A stretch of DNA of 64,000 bases, taken from contig JBIOHP010000003.1 in NCBI GenBank assembly GCA_044449065.1, positions 2,019-66,018 on the forward strand, read 5' to 3'. The DNA is from Bacteroidota bacterium. Its GTDB lineage: Bacteria > Bacteroidota > Ignavibacteria > UBA10030 > SZUA-254. Shown one piece after another: positions 49,801 to 59,152 of the stretch. Under the pieces are notes generated by a model that worked only from the letters and a program-made list of their open reading frames with translations, did not search any database and had not been told where the DNA came from. Position 1 is the stretch's first letter. Every line of letters starts with the position of its first letter. Position numbers and translations under genes: made by a program.

Positions 49801-51008
49801 TAAAAGGGATAACAACTTGGTCGCCGGCATGGTCATTCGTAACCGGTACAGGATGGACTTCCACTTATTCACTGAACAGGCGATGGAACCTTGTTTCTTT
49901 GCCGGTACGCTTATCCAATCCCCGGATAGACGTACAGTTTCCACTGGCTACCTCGCTTGCGAATAATTTCATTCCAAACAACGGTTACCGCCCGGAGGAT
50001 ACATTGGTGAACGGGGCAGGGTATTGGTTGAAGTTTGACACAGATCAACAGGTGAGCTTAACGGGAGATTCGTTATTGGTTGATACGCTTGACGTAATTG
50101 ATGGGTGGAATTTAATTGGCTCTATTAGTTCTCCCGTTGAATTAAAATCGGTTACAACAATCGGCACATCGATAAGTTCTAAATTTTTCGGATATCGCAG
50201 CGGTTATACTGCCACCGATACTATGAAACCCGCGAAGGGATATTGGGTTAAAGTAAACGGGACGGGTAAACTTGTGATTAATTCATCCGGATCGGCGTTA
50301 AAGGCGGGCGCTGAGGTTCCTTACAATAAATTCCTAAAGCATATGAATTCATTAACGATCAATGATGCGGACGAGAATAGTCAAACCCTCTATTTTGGAT
50401 ACTCTACCGGAGGAAATGTTCCTGTTCAACAATTTGAGCTCCCTCCGATTCCACCCAAGGGAGTGTTCGACGCTCGCTTCGCCACAGGCGGGATCGCGGA
50501 ATTTGCCAATCGTTCCGAAGTTGATAACGTACCGCTGATGATCAGTTCGGATGCATATCCCATTTTGATAACATGGAAAACGGATCAATCCGCTCAGTGC
50601 AACGCAAAATTATCTATCGATGGAAAAGATTTGCCGCTTTCGGGAGAAGGGTATACCTCGATCACTAATACTCATTCTCATATTCAATTAATAATCAATG
50701 ACGTTGCCACAACACTGAAGCCCGTAGAATTTAGTTTGGAACAAAATTATCCGAATCCATTTAATCCGCAGACTATCATCAAGTATGGATTGCCGATGAA
50801 AGCTTACGTGATACTACAGGTCTTTAATATCCTGGGAGAACGTATCGCAACTCTGGCAGACGGCGTCCAGGAATTGGGATTCAAATCTGTGGAGTGGAAT
50901 TCCGGGAATTATCCTAGCGGAATATATTTTTATCGGTTGGAAGCCTCGGGTATCGATAATCCATTGAATCAATTTACACAGGTCCAGAAGATGATTCTGA
51001 TAAAATAG
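46806..51008 (+). CDS. GH18 glycoside hydrolase paralog 1 (GH18, 3x Ig-like, domain X, FN3, WNL domain, T9SS CTD)
   Basis: DGIDIDWE, MTYD, IWELGG; three DT.(A/P)P.VS...GVQF...WNT repeats; CTD QNYPNPFNP. The start may be GTG 46899. Confidence 0.9.
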   Translation: MILLNLHHIFTKVLFLNLAHLILLRRVDVIFVFRSPIINTVLCALSFLAILFSSNLRAQTNIWVSAYYAGWQQGYNNYGYLPAQNVDYSAVTHIFHFALVPHNDGSLDDASNSVTAFNANALIPLAHAAGKKVIITVGGWGTDVNFRSATNPATLPVFVSNLVNLMQARGYDGIDIDWEVLASSDSTQYKAFITSLRTALDGISPRPLLTAATQWEPAIFASVADKFDQINIMTYDLSGAWPGWVTWHNSPVSDGGFNFPSTGRPIPSANGMVDNFASFGIPITKLGIGIDFYGYIWSGGTGMPNGGATDPRQSWTSSPSVQSNVAYYNIMKSYYQPQYYRWDTLAQASYLSIDNPGSANDKFISYDNEITCQKKITYARTKGIGGVIIWELGGGYQASNPPGQQDLLLQAVKHAMNGNYVPGDTIPPSVSITVPVNKATVSNTITINANASDDSWIVGVQFQLNGINLGNELGIPPYSYPWNTRLTANGSYTLSAMAVDAGGNKATSSINVIVYNVPDTIAPVVSMSSPLNGATVSTIVAVSAIATDNVGVAGVQFKVNGNNLGAEVQFSPYTVSWNTSLFPNGVDTLSAVARDDAGNTSTASVVVTVYNVPDSIAPVVSISTPSNGAIVSSIVTITAQATDNVGVAGVQFKLNGSNLGSEVASPPYSYLWNTTTQTNGSYTISAVARDAAGNKSSASITVNINNNASSRLDSIYHLVVQDNFDRPDAHPVSGGKWITLLNQPGGGRMDLLQHAIQPYNQNGIDNAGGVAWDSLLTKGSGVGITVARRSSDNNFTSLFIYLRMAGKDLNTGDGYRFRYLDDPTGNALLAIQRVQSGTIATDLVATNYHVTVGDTLRFIAQNDSSGTLLAFVNSVQVLTTVDTMYNPSSWYTWLRGFVLSTVPRYTNFNILGVTPTQPVSFPSIPIPAEPANGTIGVACNTTTSWQKSPQTTLFRLQLSLDSTFTTITFDTGGVTNNIFTFNGLRQASTYYWRVQASNIKGITTWSPAWSFVTGTGWTSTYSLNRRWNLVSLPVRLSNPRIDVQFPLATSLANNFIPNNGYRPEDTLVNGAGYWLKFDTDQQVSLTGDSLLVDTLDVIDGWNLIGSISSPVELKSVTTIGTSISSKFFGYRSGYTATDTMKPAKGYWVKVNGTGKLVINSSGSALKAGAEVPYNKFLKHMNSLTINDADENSQTLYFGYSTGGNVPVQQFELPPIPPKGVFDARFATGGIAEFANRSEVDNVPLMISSDAYPILITWKTDQSAQCNAKLSIDGKDLPLSGEGYTSITNTHSHIQLIINDVATTLKPVEFSLEQNYPNPFNPQTIIKYGLPMKAYVILQVFNILGERIATLADGVQELGFKSVEWNSGNYPSGIYFYRLEASGIDNPLNQFTQVQKMILIK

Positions 51009-51429
51009 TGATCGTATGACACTTATCAGGAATCATGGATTAATAGGAATAAGGAAAACCATATCGCCGGTTCTCCCCAATCGGCAAAATTAAATATCGT
51101 AATAGCCTTAACAAGATCATTATAGCAAAATTAGATAAATATTATACCCTGATGTTTAATGCCTCATGGCGTAGAACTCCAGGGATTTTAAGAAAAAATT
51201 AACAATGTATTTATCGACAAGATGCATAGTCAGGGGCGTCTCTATGAAACTAACTATTGGAAAAAAACGTTTAAATTGCGAGTTTTCTTCATAAATTAAT
51301 TTCATATGTAAATTTTACGATGATTATTCCTGAACCGTTCACGTTCCAAATAATACTTTAAACTCTTTTTTATTATATTTTTATTGAACTACATTTATAA
51401 AGGGATCATTATCTGAAATATTATCTCTA

Positions 51430-54400
51430 ATGAAGATACCGGGAATTAGTATCACACGAAACGCAGCCAGATATTCCTCTAATTTTATAACAATTATAGG
51501 ATTGGTGGGTATAATTTTGTTCAACGGAACGCCGATTTATGCCCAATCGAGTATTTGGGTTACCGCCTATTATGCCGGATGGCAGCAAGGATATCATAAT
51601 TTGGGGTATCTTCCTGCCCAAAATGTTGACTTTTCAGCAGTAACGCATATAAATCATTTTTCACTCGTTCCGCGATCCGACGGCACGCTCGATGATGTAT
51701 CAAACACTGTCACCGCCGATAATGCCGCCGTTCTTATCCCGCTTGCGCATGCGGCTGGAGTAAAGGTGCTTATTACCGTGGGCGGATGGGGATCGAATGT
51801 GGCGTTCCGGGGTTCAACAGACTCAACTCATCTTCCCCTCTTTGTGTATAATCTCGTTACCCTCATGCAAAGCCGCGGATATGATGGAATTGATATCGAC
51901 TGGGAAGTGCTTGAGCATAGTGATTCCACACAATATAAAAACTTTATCACGGAGTTAAGAGCGGCGCTTGATACAATATCGCCGCGTCCATTGTTAACGG
52001 CAGCCACCGCATGGTTTCCCGAAATATTTTCAACCCTCGCAAATAAATTCGACCAAATTAATTTGATGTCATACGATCTTTCGGGACCCTGGCGCGGCTG
52101 GGTCTCATGGCATAATGCGGCGGTAACAGATGGAGGATATAATTTCCCAAGCACGGGCAGGCCTGTTCCCTCCGCCGATGGAATGGTCGCCGATTGTTTG
52201 AACGCCGGAATACCGATCGCTAAACTCGGCATTGGCATTGATTTTTATGGCTACGTCTGGAGTGGAGGACACGGCACGCCTAACGGAGGCGTCACCGATC
52301 CGCGCCAGAGCTGGATATCCCCTCCGAGCATGAGGGGCAATGTTGCATATTCATCGATTATGCAAACTTATTTTCGACCGGAATTTCATCGATTTGATAA
52401 CGGCGGCCTGGTTTCGTATCTGAGCATCGACAACCCCGGTTCGGTGAATGATAAATTTATTTCCTATGATGATGAACTGACTTGTTATAAGAAAATTCAA
52501 TATGCGCGCTCAAAGGGGATCGGCGGAGTTATTATATGGGAACTGGGCGGGGCGCACCGTTCTGATCTGCCGCCGGGGCAACAAGACCCGCTCCTCGAAG
52601 CAGTGAAACAAGCCGTTAATGGGACCTACGTCTATGACGCAGTGCCTCCAACGATTTCTTTCGCCTCGCCGGCAAATGGCGCCAATATTACCGATACTCT
52701 CACCCTGAGCGCTACTGCATCCGATAACGTTGGCGTGGTGGGGGTCCAATTTCAGTTGAATGGAGCAAATCTCGGTCCGGTTATTTCTTCGCCTCCCTAT
52801 GCGATGAACTGGAATTCTGCTCTCGCTCCGAATGGTTCTTCAACGATTTATGCCATCGCATGGGATGCGATGGGGAATAGCGCTAAAGATTCAGTTACGT
52901 TGAATATTTTCAATGTTCACCCGCCGCCGCCGGTCTTTACCTACCACGCTGTTTGGCAGGATAATTTTGTTGGATCCGATCAAAATCCTTTATCCGGCGG
53001 AAAATGGACAGCCCTCTTAAATCCACCAGACAGCGGAGCTATGGAAATCGTCAGCAATGCCATGCAACCCTATAACGCAAAAGGGTACGGGTATGCTGCG
53101 AGTGTTGCCTGGGATTCATTGCTTTCGAAAGGAGCCGGGGCAAGCTTAGTGGTGACTCAAAAATCAAACGACGCGCAGTTCTCTTCACTCTTGTTATACG
53201 CAAGGATGAATAGCTTAGATTTTAACACCGGCAACGGCTATCGTTTCCGTTATGTTGACGATCCAAGCGGTCCCGATCAACTGTCGATTGAACTTGTGAA
53301 TAATGGAACATTTGGAACCGCGATGGTTTCAGCCCTTCATGAAGTCAATGTCGGCGATACGTTAAAATTTATCGTGCAGGATGATTCTGTCAGCACTCTG
53401 GTTGCGTACGTGAACAGTACCCAGGTGTTATCAGTTGTCGATACGACGTACAATCCACTAAACGGTTATATGTGGTTGGCTTCTTTTGTCTTAAATACCG
53501 TTCCCCGGTTTAATAATTTTAAAATTATCAGCAGCACGGTGCCGGATTCATTGGCGATTCCTGACCCTCCGGTTCTTTTTTCCCCGGTTAGCCAGACGAA
53601 TGGCGTAACGATCAACCCTGTAGTAAGGTGGAATCCATCTATTGCTGCAACGGCTTATAGATTTCAATTATACACCAGCCCGAATTTTTCTTCAACAATT
53701 GTTGATACAACTATTAGCGGAACTTCTGTATCCATCAACAATTTAACCCGGTCATCCTCTTATTACTGGCGCGTAAATGCTGGTAACGCAAAGGGAACGA
53801 GCGATTGGTCGGATATATGGTATTTTGTAACAACGTCTGCGGCAGATGGTTTGCCAATTCAGCTTTCGTCATTCACTGCCAGCTCGAAAGGTTCAACCGG
53901 TGTGGCATTAAACTGGACGACAACGACCGAGACTAATAATTACGGTTTCTATGTTGAACGAAGGGCACAATCTGAAATTGTGTTCAAAATTATCAGTCCG
54001 TTTATACCCGGAGCGGGAACGTCGCTTCAAGAACATCAATATGCCTGGAACGACTCATCAGCGATATACGGAACATATTACTACCGCCTTAAGCAAATTG
54101 ATTTAACCGGATCTTCAGTGTACTCTAATCCGATAGTTATAACTGTCACCGGAGTGACGGGGGTGATTGAGGATGCAGCGCCCAGGATATTCCAGCTTCT
54201 TCAAAATTATCCGAACCCGTTCAATCCGACGACGGAAATCAAATTCAGCGTACAGAACGCAGAACATGCAACGCTTCTGATTTATAATATTCTTGGACAA
54301 TTGGTTGGAACCGTTTTTGACGGATTGGCGCAACCCGGACATTATTATAGAGTGCCGTTTGATGGTTCCCGGCTCGGGAGCGGGGTATACATCTATCGGC

Positions 54401-54450
54401 TTGTTACCAATAGTCATGTCGATACGAAAAAATTGCTATTGGTTAAATAA
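51430..54450 (+). CDS. GH18 paralog 2 (GH18, 1x Ig-like, domain X, FN3, LPIQL domain, T9SS CTD)
   Basis: DGIDIDWE; LPIQLSSF...WTT.TE.NNYGF.VER; CTD. Confidence 0.92.
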   Translation: MKIPGISITRNAARYSSNFITIIGLVGIILFNGTPIYAQSSIWVTAYYAGWQQGYHNLGYLPAQNVDFSAVTHINHFSLVPRSDGTLDDVSNTVTADNAAVLIPLAHAAGVKVLITVGGWGSNVAFRGSTDSTHLPLFVYNLVTLMQSRGYDGIDIDWEVLEHSDSTQYKNFITELRAALDTISPRPLLTAATAWFPEIFSTLANKFDQINLMSYDLSGPWRGWVSWHNAAVTDGGYNFPSTGRPVPSADGMVADCLNAGIPIAKLGIGIDFYGYVWSGGHGTPNGGVTDPRQSWISPPSMRGNVAYSSIMQTYFRPEFHRFDNGGLVSYLSIDNPGSVNDKFISYDDELTCYKKIQYARSKGIGGVIIWELGGAHRSDLPPGQQDPLLEAVKQAVNGTYVYDAVPPTISFASPANGANITDTLTLSATASDNVGVVGVQFQLNGANLGPVISSPPYAMNWNSALAPNGSSTIYAIAWDAMGNSAKDSVTLNIFNVHPPPPVFTYHAVWQDNFVGSDQNPLSGGKWTALLNPPDSGAMEIVSNAMQPYNAKGYGYAASVAWDSLLSKGAGASLVVTQKSNDAQFSSLLLYARMNSLDFNTGNGYRFRYVDDPSGPDQLSIELVNNGTFGTAMVSALHEVNVGDTLKFIVQDDSVSTLVAYVNSTQVLSVVDTTYNPLNGYMWLASFVLNTVPRFNNFKIISSTVPDSLAIPDPPVLFSPVSQTNGVTINPVVRWNPSIAATAYRFQLYTSPNFSSTIVDTTISGTSVSINNLTRSSSYYWRVNAGNAKGTSDWSDIWYFVTTSAADGLPIQLSSFTASSKGSTGVALNWTTTTETNNYGFYVERRAQSEIVFKIISPFIPGAGTSLQEHQYAWNDSSAIYGTYYYRLKQIDLTGSSVYSNPIVITVTGVTGVIEDAAPRIFQLLQNYPNPFNPTTEIKFSVQNAEHATLLIYNILGQLVGTVFDGLAQPGHYYRVPFDGSRLGSGVYIYRLVTNSHVDTKKLLLVK

Positions 54451-54481
54451 AATCACAATATTTATAGAGTACCATAGATCG

Positions 54482-54510
54482 AAGTCCTCTTCTCGCGAGC
54501 AGGACTTTTT
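54482..54510 (+). terminator. Intrinsic terminator
   Basis: AAGTCCT...AGGACTT followed by TTT. Confidence 0.7.
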
Positions 54511-54608
54511 CGTTTGCGTTAATTTCCGTTGTTTGACTGTAAACTCAACGAACGTCCTATGGGATTAATCCAATATTTGAAGCGATATTTCAGTAATATT
54601 ATTAAGGT

Positions 54609-57600
54609 ATGAAGTTTAACACCGTGAGGATAAAATCAACGCTCGTGTTTCTCCTATGCTTGATCGGGTTAGGCAACAATGGTATCATAGTTGCGCAATC
54701 GAGTATATGGGTGAATGCGTACTATGCGGGCTGGCAGCAAGGGTATCATAACTCCGGTTATCTGCCTGCTCAAAACGTCGATTACTCCGCCGTAACTCAT
54801 ATCAATCATTTTTCTCTTGTTCCACGATCCGATGGCACGCTCGATGACGCTTCCAACAGCGTTACCGTGGAGAACACGAATGCCCTCATACCTCTTGCGC
54901 ACGCAGCCGGTGTAAAAGTTCTTATCACCGTAGGCGGGTGGGGATCAAACGTTGCGTTTCGAGGTTCCACCAGTCCGGCGCATCTCCACTCTTTCATTGC
55001 TAATCTCGTTACTCTGATGCGGGCACGTGGATATGACGGCATCGATATCGATTGGGAAGTTCTTGAGGCGTCGGATTCGACACAATATAAAACATTTATC
55101 ACTACTCTCAGGGCTGATCTTGATACAATATCTCCGAGACCGTTGTTAACCGCAGCTACCGCCTGGCAGCCCGCCATCTTCGCGACGCTTGCCGGTAAAT
55201 TTGATCAAATCAATCTCATGTCGTATGACCTTTCCGGCGCATGGCCCGGGTGGGTTACATGGCACAATTCGCCGGTATCGGATGGGGGATATAATTTCCC
55301 CAGCACGGGCAGACCCGTGCCCTCTGCCAACGGAATGGTCCAGGATTGTATCAATGCAGGAATTCCCGTTGCCAAATTAGGAATCGGGATCGATTTTTAT
55401 GGATATATCTGGAGCGGAGGCCAGGGTACCCCGAATGGCGGCGTGACCGATCCCCGCCAAAGCTGGATCTCGGCGCCGTCGGTGTATGGAAATGTCGCGT
55501 ATTCCACCATCATGGATAATTATTATCAGCCGCAATATCATCGCCTTGATACTGCTGCCCAGGTATCGTATCTGAGTATCGATAACCCGGGGTCTGCGAA
55601 TGATAAATTCATTTCCTATGATGACGAAATAACATGCTACAAAAAAATAAATTATGCACGAACCAAAGGTATTGGCGGCGTTATTCTCTGGGAACTTGGA
55701 GGAGGGTATCGCGCAAACATGCCTGCGGGATACCGTGATCCATTATTGCAAGCCGTGAAAAAATCTGTGAACGGTTCATTTAGCTACGATAGTTCAATAC
55801 CAATTGTATCCATTACATCGCCTTCGAACGGCTTCGTTGCCACCGATACCATCACCCTGAGCGCTACCGCGGCGGATCCCGCCGGAATTGTCGGGGTACA
55901 GTTTCGATTGAATGGATCAAATATCGGGACGGTGATTCCATCTCCCCCGTACAGGATTACCTGGAATTCAGCGTATTATCCGAATGGCGCTGCTACTCTC
56001 TCGGCGGTTTCATGGGATACAGCCGGAAATAGCGCGGTAGATTCTATTTCGGTGAATCTATCCAATGTTCATCCTCCCCCTCCTGTATTTACCTATCAAA
56101 CTGCATGGCAGGATAGTTTTAACAGGCCGAATCAACGTCCTCTATCCGGTGGGAAATGGGCGCCCATCCTCAATTTTCCCGGGAATGGAAGTATGGAAAT
56201 TGTTAATAATGTAATTCAGCCGTACAACAGTAATGGATATGGATCTCCGGGCGGTGTTGCCTGCGATACGCTGCTTGCCAAGGGTTCGGGGGCGGCGCTT
56301 ACATTAACGAGGAAAGCGGGCGATGGACAGTTTACGTCTTTATTTATCTACGCGCGCATGAGCAGCAAAGATTTTAACACCGGCAACGGGTACCGGTTTA
56401 GGTACATGGATGTTCCGAACGGGACGGACATTCTTTCGATTCAAATAGTAACCCATGGAACGAACGGTTTTGATCTGGCGGCGACAAATTACGAAGTGAA
56501 TGTTGGAGACACGCTAAAATTTATCGTGCAGAACGATTCGACGAATACTTTAGTTGCATACGTAAATAGCCGCCAGGTTCTCTCTGCCATCGATACAACG
56601 TACAATCCCCCAACCGGATATGTTTGGTTAGCGTCGTTTATGCTATCGACGATTCCTCAATTTGATAATTTTTCAATTATCAACAGCGTCGTTTCGACAC
56701 CATTGTCGATTCCGAAAGCGCCCGTTCTTCTCTTTCCAGCCGATAATACAAACGGGTTGACGCTTAACCCGACACTGATATGGAATAGCTCGCCAACTGC
56801 AACGTCATACCGGATTCAGGCGTTCACGAGTCCATCGTTCACGTCGCCCGTGCTCGATACAACAGGAATAACCGGAGCTTCCTATACGCTGGATAGTTTG
56901 TTTGCTTCGACGACGTACTACTGGCGGGTGAACGCAGCAAACTCGGCAGGGACAAGCGATTGGTCGGATGTATGGTATTTCGTGACAGGTTCCGGATCGA
57001 CGTTTTCGTATACGTTTAACCGGCGATGGAATCTTGTGTCGTTGCCTATTCTTCCCATTAATCCCGGCGCGGACGTCCAGTTTCCTTTTGCGACTTCTTA
57101 CACGTACGAGTATATCCCGAATTCGGGTTATAACGCCGAGGATACGTTGGACCCCGGGAATGGATATTGGGTTAAATTCAACGAGGCGCAAAAGGTGAGT
57201 TTCACGGGAGATCTTCTCCTGAACGATACGATTGACGTGGTGAGCGGATGGAATCTTATCGGATCAATCAGCCGCCCGGTAACCATTCATTCCATTCTCT
57301 CCCTCGGAACTTCGGTAAGTTCTAAATTTTTTGGATTTAACGGAGGATATGTTTCGGGTGATACCATCGTTCCTTCCCGCGGGTATTGGGTAAAGGTAAG
57401 CAGCGCGGGTAAATTAGTATTAACGCCACCGCCTATAATGGGCGCCTATGCTTCGAATGCGCCGCAGGATGATATGGTTAAGAATTTTACGGCATTAACG
57501 ATCAACGATAATGCCGGCAATAGTCAAACGTTGTATTTTGGACTGCCGCCAAATACCGGAATTAATCTTGATCAATTTGAATTGCCGCCTCTACCCCCGA

Positions 57601-58151
57601 AGGGAGTATTCGATGCGCGATTTTCGACCGGAAGATACGTCGAATTCGAATCGCCCGATACCATCAAAAATTTTCCTATCGCTATTACCAACGCGTCGTA
57701 TCCCGCAACGATCACATGCAACGGATTTCCGGCGTCTGCCGGCGACGCAAAAATAGTGGCTGATAATCAGGAATTTTCCCTTGCGCCGGGGGGAAAAATT
57801 ATTCTTTCGCACGCTCCGTCAATTCTCATGCTGCGGTGTGCCGCGTCTTCAATGGCGGGATTGCCGGATAATTTTCAGCTCTTGCAAAATTATCCCAATC
57901 CGTTTAATCCGGCAACGCTGATAAAATATTATTTGCCGGTGAAGGCAAAAGTAACGCTGCAAATTTATAATGTCTTAGGCGAGGTTGTCGCCACGCTCGT
58001 AAACGACGTCCAGCCGGCTGGGTACAGGTCGATTCAATGGCATGCCGAAAACAATTCAAGCGGTATTTACTTTTACCGGCTCCAGGCGTCGGGAGTTGAG
58101 GACGGCACTAAAAGTTTTATGAAGGTGCTCAAGATGGCGCTGATTAAATAA
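54609..58151 (+). CDS. GH18 paralog 3 (GH18, 1x Ig-like, domain X, FN3, WNL domain, T9SS CTD)
   Basis: DGIDIDWE; RRWNLVSLP and GWNLIGS repeats; ELPPLPPKGVFDARF; CTD. Confidence 0.92.
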   Translation: MKFNTVRIKSTLVFLLCLIGLGNNGIIVAQSSIWVNAYYAGWQQGYHNSGYLPAQNVDYSAVTHINHFSLVPRSDGTLDDASNSVTVENTNALIPLAHAAGVKVLITVGGWGSNVAFRGSTSPAHLHSFIANLVTLMRARGYDGIDIDWEVLEASDSTQYKTFITTLRADLDTISPRPLLTAATAWQPAIFATLAGKFDQINLMSYDLSGAWPGWVTWHNSPVSDGGYNFPSTGRPVPSANGMVQDCINAGIPVAKLGIGIDFYGYIWSGGQGTPNGGVTDPRQSWISAPSVYGNVAYSTIMDNYYQPQYHRLDTAAQVSYLSIDNPGSANDKFISYDDEITCYKKINYARTKGIGGVILWELGGGYRANMPAGYRDPLLQAVKKSVNGSFSYDSSIPIVSITSPSNGFVATDTITLSATAADPAGIVGVQFRLNGSNIGTVIPSPPYRITWNSAYYPNGAATLSAVSWDTAGNSAVDSISVNLSNVHPPPPVFTYQTAWQDSFNRPNQRPLSGGKWAPILNFPGNGSMEIVNNVIQPYNSNGYGSPGGVACDTLLAKGSGAALTLTRKAGDGQFTSLFIYARMSSKDFNTGNGYRFRYMDVPNGTDILSIQIVTHGTNGFDLAATNYEVNVGDTLKFIVQNDSTNTLVAYVNSRQVLSAIDTTYNPPTGYVWLASFMLSTIPQFDNFSIINSVVSTPLSIPKAPVLLFPADNTNGLTLNPTLIWNSSPTATSYRIQAFTSPSFTSPVLDTTGITGASYTLDSLFASTTYYWRVNAANSAGTSDWSDVWYFVTGSGSTFSYTFNRRWNLVSLPILPINPGADVQFPFATSYTYEYIPNSGYNAEDTLDPGNGYWVKFNEAQKVSFTGDLLLNDTIDVVSGWNLIGSISRPVTIHSILSLGTSVSSKFFGFNGGYVSGDTIVPSRGYWVKVSSAGKLVLTPPPIMGAYASNAPQDDMVKNFTALTINDNAGNSQTLYFGLPPNTGINLDQFELPPLPPKGVFDARFSTGRYVEFESPDTIKNFPIAITNASYPATITCNGFPASAGDAKIVADNQEFSLAPGGKIILSHAPSILMLRCAASSMAGLPDNFQLLQNYPNPFNPATLIKYYLPVKAKVTLQIYNVLGEVVATLVNDVQPAGYRSIQWHAENNSSGIYFYRLQASGVEDGTKSFMKVLKMALIK

Positions 58152-58186
58152 GAAGCAGCCGTATTTAGATTAATCTTTTCCTGCAC

Positions 58187-58220
58187 AAAGTCCCATTCGG
58201 TCTCCGGATGGGACTTTTTT
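58187..58220 (+). terminator. Intrinsic terminator
   Basis: AAAGTCCCATTCGG-tct-CCGGATGGGACTTT followed by TTT. Confidence 0.8.
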
Positions 58221-58572
58221 ATTATTCCTACCCGTTACGATACCTCCAATAAGGTTAAATTTAACAAAATCATGATCTTGAACCTGCGTTCTCTCTATAT
58301 AATAATAGAGTGATCGTCCATGTGTTGAATCATTCCTTTACCATGATTCGTTAAAGTTCTCCCCCCCCCAAGATTTTTCTTTTTCCTAACGATAAGGTTG
58401 TGACGGCTGTCATCAACTTGTCTCCCTTTTTTTTTCTTTCACGTTGTGATTGTTTTGATAGAGATGTGAAGTAATTCTTCCTCCCAATCGTAAATCAATA
58501 ATCAGTCGCTTCCCAATTTAAATCCCGTTTAAAATAATTTCTTCTCCCGGCTGCGTTTTGTTATGGTGAATT

Positions 58573-58588
58573 TGTGACGCATCTCACC
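58573..58588. promoter_or_regulatory. CRP-like box
   Basis: TGTGA-CGCATC-TCACC matches 9 of 10 positions of TGTGA-N6-TCACA. A second, 8/10 site TGTGA-CGGCTG-TCATC lies at 58399-58414. Confidence 0.5.
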
Positions 58589-58726
58589 ATTAAGCGGGGG
58601 TAGGAATTATCCGACATAAAAAATCATCTCTTCGGTCTCTCTTTTCAGAATTATCCGATAGTAGCAGTTTCCCGCTATAAATATATTGAATACATAGATA
58701 ATGAAGCGCAAAATTAGAATAGAAAT

Positions 58727-59140
58727 ATGGAAAATAATTTAACGAAGGTTTTTATCATCTCCGGTTCTTCAAAAGACTGGAAGCGAATTTACAATATCGT
58801 CCGGCTTGTGAACAACGTGGAGGTTATACGCAGATCCGAGGAGAACGATGGTATGCTCGATTCCATCCGGAGATCGACTCCCAATCTGTTGATCTTTGAT
58901 ATCGATCTTCCGCAAGGATGGAGTCTTGGTCTGTTGAAGCAAATCCATCTTGAAATTCCTTCGCTGGTGATAATAGTTTTATCAAACAATTCAACGCTCC
59001 AGTATCGGAGGATTTGGGCGCAGGAAGGCGCGGCGTATTTCTTCGATAAATCAACTGAATTCCATCGGATCGCGCCTCTTATCACAGGTATTAGATCTAA
59101 TAATAATCAATTATCTAAATGTCATAATGAATATGTATGA
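58727..59140 (+). CDS. Atypical single-domain response regulator
   Basis: LIFDIDLP, IVLSN, GA.YFFDKS are present; the acidic pocket is replaced (KVFIISGS). Confidence 0.8.
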   Translation: MENNLTKVFIISGSSKDWKRIYNIVRLVNNVEVIRRSEENDGMLDSIRRSTPNLLIFDIDLPQGWSLGLLKQIHLEIPSLVIIVLSNNSTLQYRRIWAQEGAAYFFDKSTEFHRIAPLITGIRSNNNQLSKCHNEYV

Positions 59141-59152
59141 GGGGATAATACT

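Noticed and set aside
58361-58369. C9 homopolymer as a phase-variation tract
   Set aside because: It is short, intergenic and not clearly between promoter elements; there is no supporting evidence.
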